A DNA stretch of 64,000 nt. Origin: an uncultured Clostridia bacterium (lineage in GTDB: Bacteria > Bacillota > Clostridia > Christensenellales > DTU072). Positions 57,891 through 64,000 of the stretch are shown piece by piece. Numbering within the stretch: the stretch's first letter is position 1; every line of letters begins with the position of its first letter. The stretch spans positions 33,401 through 97,400 of the forward strand of contig CAMOOO010000001.1 of assembly GCA_946621465.1 (NCBI GenBank), written 5' to 3'. The notes below the pieces were generated by a model that saw nothing but the letters and a program-made list of their open reading frames with translations, ran no database searches and had not been told where the DNA came from. Both the position numbers and the translations under genes were made by a program.

Positions 57891-58907
57891 TTATTTTGCT
57901 ACAGAAAATACCTCATCGGCTATTCTTTCGTTGGTTTTCGACAGATCGAGAACGGGCGGTTTCAGTCCTTCCAGTTCCTTCAACTTATAGAGCAAACTCT
58001 CCATAAACAGGTCTTCTTGCGGCAGAACGTCAATAAACCCCTTATCCCGGAAGTAACGGGCATTGAGGACCTGATCGCCGCGCGACGTTCCTTTGGGTAA
58101 AGGAATACACAGCGTCGGTTTCCCGATAGAGGCTAACTCGAATAGCGTATTGGCGCCGGCGCGGCATACGACCATATCCGCGAGCGCATACAGATCGAAA
58201 ATGTCCGACGCAAACTTTATTTGATGGTAACCGGGTCCGTCCGGTACGGAAAAATCTCCGTTTTTGCCCGAAATATGCAGAATATTGTATTTTTGCGTTA
58301 ATTCCGGTAGGGCGTCATAAATGACGTTATTGATACAAGAAGCTCCTTGACTACCGCCGAAAAAGAGAACGGTTTTACGCGAATGAAGGAAAGGATATTT
58401 TTTTGCCGCCGATGTTTTATCGCCACGTTTTATCTCTTCACGAACGGGATTTCCTACGAAAGTTCCGCCCGGCGTATCCTCAAAAGAAGTGAGGACTTTC
58501 GTTGCAAAACGCGATACCAGTTTATTAGCCAGCCCCATTGTGTAGTCCGATTCGTGACACACGATGGGAATGGACTTTTTGGCGGCGTAGCAAGCAGGCA
58601 AGGCGACGTAACCGCCCTTTGACAGTAAAACCGACGGATTATACTCAGCGAAAATCTCTTTACATCGCGCTATGCCTCTATGCAAGGCGAACGGTATTTT
58701 TATATTTTTGTAAATTTGCGTTCGATGAAATTTCTCCGTTTCGACTGCAAAAAAGGGGATACCTTCGTTTTCCACGAGTGCTTTTTCCATTCCGTTTCCA
58801 CCGATAAATATGATTCTATCAAAGCGTTTCTTTAGTTCCGGGACGAGCGCCAATAGGGGAATAACGTGTCCGCCCGTGCCGCCCCCGGTCAATACGATTG
58901 TTTTCAT
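57891..58907 (-). CDS. murG: Lipid II GlcNAc transferase MurG
   Basis: TGGGTGGH, SKGGYV, HESD, GNPVR, GGSQGA, RAGANT, DQVLNA. Confidence 0.96.
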   Translation of the reverse strand: MKTIVLTGGGTGGHVIPLLALVPELKKRFDRIIFIGGNGMEKALVENEGIPFFAVETEKFHRTQIYKNIKIPFALHRGIARCKEIFAEYNPSVLLSKGGYVALPACYAAKKSIPIVCHESDYTMGLANKLVSRFATKVLTSFEDTPGGTFVGNPVREEIKRGDKTSAAKKYPFLHSRKTVLFFGGSQGASCINNVIYDALPELTQKYNILHISGKNGDFSVPDGPGYHQIKFASDIFDLYALADMVVCRAGANTLFELASIGKPTLCIPLPKGTSRGDQVLNARYFRDKGFIDVLPQEDLFMESLLYKLKELEGLKPPVLDLSKTNERIADEVFSVAK

Positions 58908-59370
58908 AAAATGCCTCTTTTTCCATATTATTATCAACAAAAGGGATTTGATACTTTTTAGGCGGTTATCATTAATTGAAATGGTGTTTTTCTCGCGAAA
59001 AAGTCGCAAGAGTACTAAAAACGGAATTAGTACGTTGTTAGTAATATTTGCTTAAATTACACTGGTCGAAAACCTTTTATAACAAAAAAATCGTATTATA
59101 TTAACGCTGAATAAACCGTCTGTTGACATACAAGCATGTAATATGCTTAAAGACTAAGGCGCGTCCGATACGTTCGCTAAAACACAAGACGCCTGTATTT
59201 GCAAAAAGCAAAGCTGTCGTCGTTCTTAAATATAATTTCAACATACACGGTGCTGATTTGTAAAGATACTGAGTCGGAAGAACAGGGGACGAATAACCGA
59301 TAGTGTTTATCGTATCTTCCTATTATATCCAATAACAAAAATACATTACTTATTAAAAATAAAAAAACTA

Positions 59371-59399
59371 TTGAAAAATGTTTTGATGTGTTTTATAAT
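59371..59399 (+). promoter_or_regulatory. sigmaA promoter
   Basis: TTGAAA-17 nt-TATAAT. Confidence 0.7.
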
Positions 59400-59433
59400 A
59401 GAATGGATATATACTGTTCGGAGGTTAGTATTT

Positions 59434-60339
59434 ATGAAACAATTGAATTTAAAAGCATTTGATAATACCGATATCGGAATCGATTTATGGGATGAAGTGG
59501 AGTCCCCGATCGGTTGCGTTCAGATAGCTCACGGCATGGCGGAACATCCGGATAGATATGATGATTTTGCAAAATACCTCAACGGAAAAGGTTATATCGT
59601 AGCAGCGGACGATCACAGAGGGCACAGAAGAGGTGCCGTCAACGGTGAGAGCGGTATGGTCTACGGCGATAGCTGGAATGAAACCATCGACGATATGAAG
59701 GTCCTTTGCGATTATCTGAAGAACCAATATAATCTGCCCGTTATTCTACTCGGACACAGCTACGGTAGCTTCCTTTCGCAGTGCTTTATCGAAAGATACT
59801 CCAGTGAACTTGCCGGATGCATTCTCAGCGGTACGGCTCATATGAAGAATGCTCTTCTTGCTATGGGTAAAATGATCGCCGGATGTCAAAAGGCTTTCGG
59901 TATGGGACAAAAGAAAGGTAAGTTGATCAATAAACTGAGTTTTGGCGCGTACAATAAACCGTTCACGGAGCAAGGTCAGGAATTCGCTTGGCTCTCACGC
60001 GATAAGGACGTCGTAGCAAGATACGAAGCCGATCCCGAATGCGGATACGTTTTGTGTATTGACTATTACTACTATTTCTTTAAGGGCGTCATGAATATGT
60101 ACGGTAAGGATGCCAAGACCATCCGTAAAGATTTCCCCATCATGATCGCTTGCGGTAGCATGGACCCGGTCAGCAATCAATCGGCGTTAGCTAAGAAGCT
60201 GTATGACTTTTATAAAGGTCTCGGGTTGCAACCGGAACTGAAGATTTATGAAGGTGCCCGTCACGAGATCCTCAATGAGATCAACAAAGAAGAAGTCTAT
60301 GCCGACTTCGGTGCCTTTATTGACAATATTATTAAATAA
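59434..60339 (+). CDS. Alpha/beta hydrolase (lysophospholipase/monoacylglycerol lipase-like)
   Basis: HGMAEH, DHRGH, GHSYG, WLSRD, ARHEILNE; GGAGG RBS. Confidence 0.92.
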   Translation: MKQLNLKAFDNTDIGIDLWDEVESPIGCVQIAHGMAEHPDRYDDFAKYLNGKGYIVAADDHRGHRRGAVNGESGMVYGDSWNETIDDMKVLCDYLKNQYNLPVILLGHSYGSFLSQCFIERYSSELAGCILSGTAHMKNALLAMGKMIAGCQKAFGMGQKKGKLINKLSFGAYNKPFTEQGQEFAWLSRDKDVVARYEADPECGYVLCIDYYYYFFKGVMNMYGKDAKTIRKDFPIMIACGSMDPVSNQSALAKKLYDFYKGLGLQPELKIYEGARHEILNEINKEEVYADFGAFIDNIIK

Positions 60340-60360
60340 GGATAGAACGAGGAGTTTTTG

Positions 60361-62943
60361 ATGAAAAATAAAACAAGAATACTGATTGTTTGTTTGCTTG
60401 TTCTCATCATGGTGTCCGCATTATTCGGTTGCACGGAGAAGGAGAGAACGCCGGACGTTCCGGATGAACCGGGTAAGGTTATTGAATTGACGCAAGCGAA
60501 CTTTGTCGAGGAATTGACCTATTATTGCCACTCCGGAGCAAGCTTCATTTTAAAAGAGGATATCGACTTATCGACGATAGACGAGTGGAGTCCGATCGGA
60601 AAAACGGTCAGCACAGCCTTTAACGGTACGATTGACGGGAACGGAAAGACCATCACCGGTATGAAAACTTCCGGTTGGGATGACGAAGGTCAACCGATAA
60701 CGGTGTTAAAGCGTATCCTTGGATGGGACGAAAACGGCGAAATCGTTTATAAAGGTTCCAAAATCATCGACATGAAAACGCAGATGAACGGCGAATATAA
60801 AGAAGTAACCGAAATCGTTTTCGAGGGCGACAACGGCGATCCTAAATATTCCTCTATGGAAGATAAAGGTATCGTTGAGAAAAAAGCCTCCTACGGGAGC
60901 CTCGGACTCTTCGGATATACGAGCGGTGCAAAGATCAGTAACCTTACCATTTCCGACGCTCACTTCAATTTCTACGGAGACGGGGACAAGGTATACGTCG
61001 GGATCGTTTCCGGCTACGATATCGGTTCTGATTTTACCGACGTAACGGTTACCGATTGTTCCATCGGCGCAGGCGTTATTAACAAAACTAAGGTGACATA
61101 TCATTACAGCAATGCCAAACCTTCCCGTGTCGATTACGATAATCAGCAGCAACAGTATCTTGGCGGCGTCGTCGGATATTCCATCGGAAATATGGGTTCT
61201 AACGGCGAATGTAAAAAAACTTCCTTTAACGGAGTTAAAGTTAGTTCTCTCACGATAGAGAACAACAAAAAAAGCGCCTATTACGATATGAAACTGGCGT
61301 GCGACAGTATCGACAGATCCACGCAGCAGAGTAAAGTCGATACTTCCATTCTTTATACCGAACTCGGAGATCAAGAAACACCCGTTTATTTTGTCGATTA
61401 TCAACCGAGAATGGTTCGTCAGGCATTCGTCGGTGGCATAACGGGTTATTCCAAAGATTCCGTATTTTTGAACTCGACGGCGGTCGATGGCTTTAACTCC
61501 AGTCTCAATGCCTATTTAGCCCCGAAAATAACCGCGCAAAAAATCAATATCGGCGGTATCAGTTCCTCTCTCTTGGGAGCGCAATCAAAAGCGGAAAACG
61601 TCTCTGTAAAAAATATGTTTATCGCCGGCAATAACGTCTATTATACGGCGACCATAGGCGGTCTGTTTGGGGAGATCAAATCTTGTAAAGTTGACGCATC
61701 CGCAGTTGCCGACTCCACCCTCCTTGTCGCAGGCTCCGGCACGACGGAAGCCGTTTGTATCGGCGGAGCTGTGGGGATTTGCGACGAATCGGCGGAAGTT
61801 TCCGGTACGGCAGTCGACAATCTGCTTATACAAAGTAACTATATTGCCTCCGGCAATCTCGGTTCCATTCTCGCCGGTATCGTCGGTGTTTTGCGCGACA
61901 GCCATTTGAATAATTCTACCGCAAAAAATATCACCTTCAATATTGACGTATACAATAAAAAAGACGAAAACTATCTGTTTACCAGAAACGCCGTTTCTCA
62001 AGTATACGGCAATTCCGTTATCAGCGAAAACGTAAAAACGTACGCCTGCAAGTATTTCTCGGCAGGGAGCGACGATGCCGTAGATTATTCGCAGATTACG
62101 CCGGTCGTAGCGAAGAATAACTACGTCAATGAAAACGGAGAGTCTTCCGCTCGCTTGTATTATACCGTAAACGGCGAGACGGCAGGAGTGTACGTTACCG
62201 TCTATGCCGAACTGATTCCTCTGTCCTTTGAAAGCAACTATCGTCTGTATAAAGACCAGGTTTATGAGGTTATAACCAGGGATGATATGGATATTGACGA
62301 GTTCAATAATATCAGCACCAGCGGAAAGTATTACTTCTTTGAGCCGGTCAATCAGGTTTGGCGCAGAATAACGACCACGGCGGAAGAGTCCATCATAGCG
62401 TATAACCCCGATAGAAAATACGCTACGGCAAGAGAAATTTACCGCGTTGATTTGCCGGAAGAAGCTATCGGTAAACCGATGGCAGATAATACCTTTGAGA
62501 TACTCGTATTCGATAAGGGTGCCGGAAAGTTGGAGACTGCCAGCGGATTATTTGAAAGCGGTGTCGATTATTATATTGACGCAGGCTCAAATATCACCGA
62601 TTATGAACTGGACGTAACCGTATATACGGAAAGTGATAAGATTATCGAAGCCGTTAAGCCTAACGCATCCAATATCGAGACGATGACCTATCGCTTTACG
62701 GCAGATAATTACAGCGACGACGTCGCCCTGTATGATAACGACGGTAACGTGCTTTATACCAAACCTTTGGCAGAAGTATACTTGGGTATTTATTTTGAAG
62801 AAGGCACCGGTTTCAAAACAGATTTCAACGGATACGTGGTGGAATCGAATTCCGGAAACAGGAATTATGCATCCTATACCTTAGTAAACGGACGTCCCGA
62901 TATCAAAGAAGGAGCAATTAGTTACAGCAGTACAATCGAATAA
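60361..62943 (+). CDS. Large lipoprotein with GLUG-type repeats
   Basis: Signal peptide with lipobox LFGC; EDIDL...WSPIG...FNGTIDGNGKTI; GLFG/GGVVG/GGITG/GGLFG repeats. Confidence 0.8.
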   Translation: MKNKTRILIVCLLVLIMVSALFGCTEKERTPDVPDEPGKVIELTQANFVEELTYYCHSGASFILKEDIDLSTIDEWSPIGKTVSTAFNGTIDGNGKTITGMKTSGWDDEGQPITVLKRILGWDENGEIVYKGSKIIDMKTQMNGEYKEVTEIVFEGDNGDPKYSSMEDKGIVEKKASYGSLGLFGYTSGAKISNLTISDAHFNFYGDGDKVYVGIVSGYDIGSDFTDVTVTDCSIGAGVINKTKVTYHYSNAKPSRVDYDNQQQQYLGGVVGYSIGNMGSNGECKKTSFNGVKVSSLTIENNKKSAYYDMKLACDSIDRSTQQSKVDTSILYTELGDQETPVYFVDYQPRMVRQAFVGGITGYSKDSVFLNSTAVDGFNSSLNAYLAPKITAQKINIGGISSSLLGAQSKAENVSVKNMFIAGNNVYYTATIGGLFGEIKSCKVDASAVADSTLLVAGSGTTEAVCIGGAVGICDESAEVSGTAVDNLLIQSNYIASGNLGSILAGIVGVLRDSHLNNSTAKNITFNIDVYNKKDENYLFTRNAVSQVYGNSVISENVKTYACKYFSAGSDDAVDYSQITPVVAKNNYVNENGESSARLYYTVNGETAGVYVTVYAELIPLSFESNYRLYKDQVYEVITRDDMDIDEFNNISTSGKYYFFEPVNQVWRRITTTAEESIIAYNPDRKYATAREIYRVDLPEEAIGKPMADNTFEILVFDKGAGKLETASGLFESGVDYYIDAGSNITDYELDVTVYTESDKIIEAVKPNASNIETMTYRFTADNYSDDVALYDNDGNVLYTKPLAEVYLGIYFEEGTGFKTDFNGYVVESNSGNRNYASYTLVNGRPDIKEGAISYSSTIE

Positions 62944-62954
62944 TAAAAAATCGC

Positions 62955-62983
62955 TTGACAAATGGTGATAAAACTGCTAGTAT
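62955..62983 (+). promoter_or_regulatory. sigmaA promoter of infC-rpmI-rplT
   Basis: TTGACA-17 nt-TAGTAT with TGn extension. Confidence 0.85.
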
Positions 62984-62989
62984 ACAGAA

Positions 62990-63093
62990 GCAAGCAGAAC
63001 GACTCTCACCATCAGTTGTAACGAAATGGTTTCTTTAATAGCAAAATATTAATGAAAATGATGTGTTGTTTGTTATGCTGCACATCATTTTTT
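62990..63093 (+). ncRNA. Ribosomal protein L20 leader (autoregulatory attenuator)
   Basis: AAGCAGAA...TCTCACC element upstream of infC; 11-bp stem AAAATGATGTG/CACATCATTTT followed by a T run. Confidence 0.75.
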
Positions 63094-63112
63094 ATTTTGG
63101 AGGACATGAACT

Positions 63113-63634
63113 ATTTTTAAAGAACTTCTTATTAATGAAAGTATCACCGATAGAGAAATGCTTCTCATCGATGAAAATGGTCAGAAACTCGGTGTAATGC
63201 CCCGTTCGGAAGCATTGCGTATCGCCGAATTTCGGAATCTTGACCTCGTTAACATTTCTCCGACATCTAAGCCGGTCGTCTGCAAAATCATGGACTACGG
63301 TAAATACCGTTTTGAAATGTTGAAAAAGGAAAAAGAAGCAAAGAAGGCTCAAACTCAAAAAATTATTAAAGTAAAAGAGATTAAATTATCTCAGACCATT
63401 GACGTAGGTGACGTAAATACGCGTCTCAAACAGGCTCGGAAGTTTTTGGAAGCCGGTGACAAAGTCAAAGTCTCGATCAAAATGTTCGGTAGACAAATGG
63501 CTCACCCGGAGATCAGCGTTCAGGTGCTGGAAGACTTCTTCAAGGAGCTTGCTGACGTTGCTACGTTGGAAAAGAAACCGACCGGAGAGGGCAGAATTAC
63601 TTACATGATGCTGGCTCCGATTGCAAAAAAATAA
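63113..63634 (+). CDS. infC: Translation initiation factor IF-3 (ATT start)
   Basis: GGAGG 9 nt before the in-frame ATT gives (M)FKELLINESITDREMLLIDENG; VCKIMDYGKYRFE, GDKVKV. Confidence 0.96.
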   Translation: MFKELLINESITDREMLLIDENGQKLGVMPRSEALRIAEFRNLDLVNISPTSKPVVCKIMDYGKYRFEMLKKEKEAKKAQTQKIIKVKEIKLSQTIDVGDVNTRLKQARKFLEAGDKVKVSIKMFGRQMAHPEISVQVLEDFFKELADVATLEKKPTGEGRITYMMLAPIAKK

Positions 63635-63666
63635 ATAACAATATTTAATAGAAGGAGAAAAGAACT

Positions 63667-63867
63667 ATGCCTAAAATGAAAACTCATAGCGGCGCAAAGA
63701 AGCGTTTCAGATTGACCGCGAACGGTAAAATCAAGAGAGCGAAACAAAACAAAAACCACATCCTGAACAAAAAACCCACCAAGAGAACCAGATTTCTCCG
63801 CCAGGGCGGCTATGTGGATAAAACCCAAGAAAAAACCATTACCACCATGCTTAGCGGTCAGAAATAA
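63667..63867 (+). CDS. rpmI: 50S ribosomal protein L35
   Basis: [14 protein letters not shown]. Confidence 0.98.
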   Translation: MPKMKTHSGAKKRFRLTANGKIKRAKQNKNHILNKKPTKRTRFLRQGGYVDKTQEKTITTMLSGQK

Positions 63868-63878
63868 GGAGGCAAAAT

Positions 63879-64000
63879 ATGAGAATCAAAAGAGCAGTAA
63901 ATGCGTTGAAGAAAAGAAGAAAGATAATGCGTTCGGCCAAAGGTTACTTTGGTGCGAAATCCAAACTTTACAGAGTTGCTCGCGAAGCAGTCATGAAGTC
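63879..64000 (+). CDS. rplT: 50S ribosomal protein L20 (3'-truncated by the window)
   Basis: AAGGAGG RBS; [40 protein letters not shown]. Confidence 0.95.
   Translation, partial: MRIKRAVNALKKRRKIMRSAKGYFGAKSKLYRVAREAVMK

Noticed and set aside
56496-57900. Possible integrative element at the tRNA-Leu 3' end
   Set aside because: No integrase and no duplicated tRNA end seen; a terminator and ordinary genes follow.

Overview
Chromosomal window from a Bacillota/Clostridia-type bacterium, probably a sporulating gut or rumen anaerobe (inference from gene order, sigmaA promoters, a spoVM-like peptide and an L20 leader). 1-11.6 kb is the 3' end of a non-ribosomal peptide synthetase operon: an NRPS truncated by the window edge, with the unusual order (A)-T-C-T-C-T-E-C-A(Ser)-T-TE(Cys), followed by tightly coupled genes for a GPH-family MFS transporter, a divergent Lgt-like membrane protein and an Sfp-type PPTase. 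The rest is mostly housekeeping: dut, M18 peptidase, dGTPase, pcrA-ligA, yloC-gmk-rpoZ-coaBC-priA-def-fmt-rsmB-rlmN-rsgA-rpe, spoVM, nth, obgE, copA, murG, three tRNAs and infC-rpmI-rplT. Accessory genes include an orphan Zn-macrodomain, an RNAP alphaCTD-like/WG-repeat fusion beside a Vps4-like AAA+ ATPase, and two large GLUG-type surface proteins. Best candidate for a novel system: the A-domain-less NRPS with a Cys thioesterase and an Lgt-like partner. Smaller observations: an unannotated spoVM with an occluded RBS, probable AUU starts for infC and rsgA, an internal RBS that could yield a CopZ-like chaperone from copA, and two tRNAs with U55C. No CRISPR array, rRNA, transposase or integrase was seen. 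All calls come from motif reading by eye; no searches were run.
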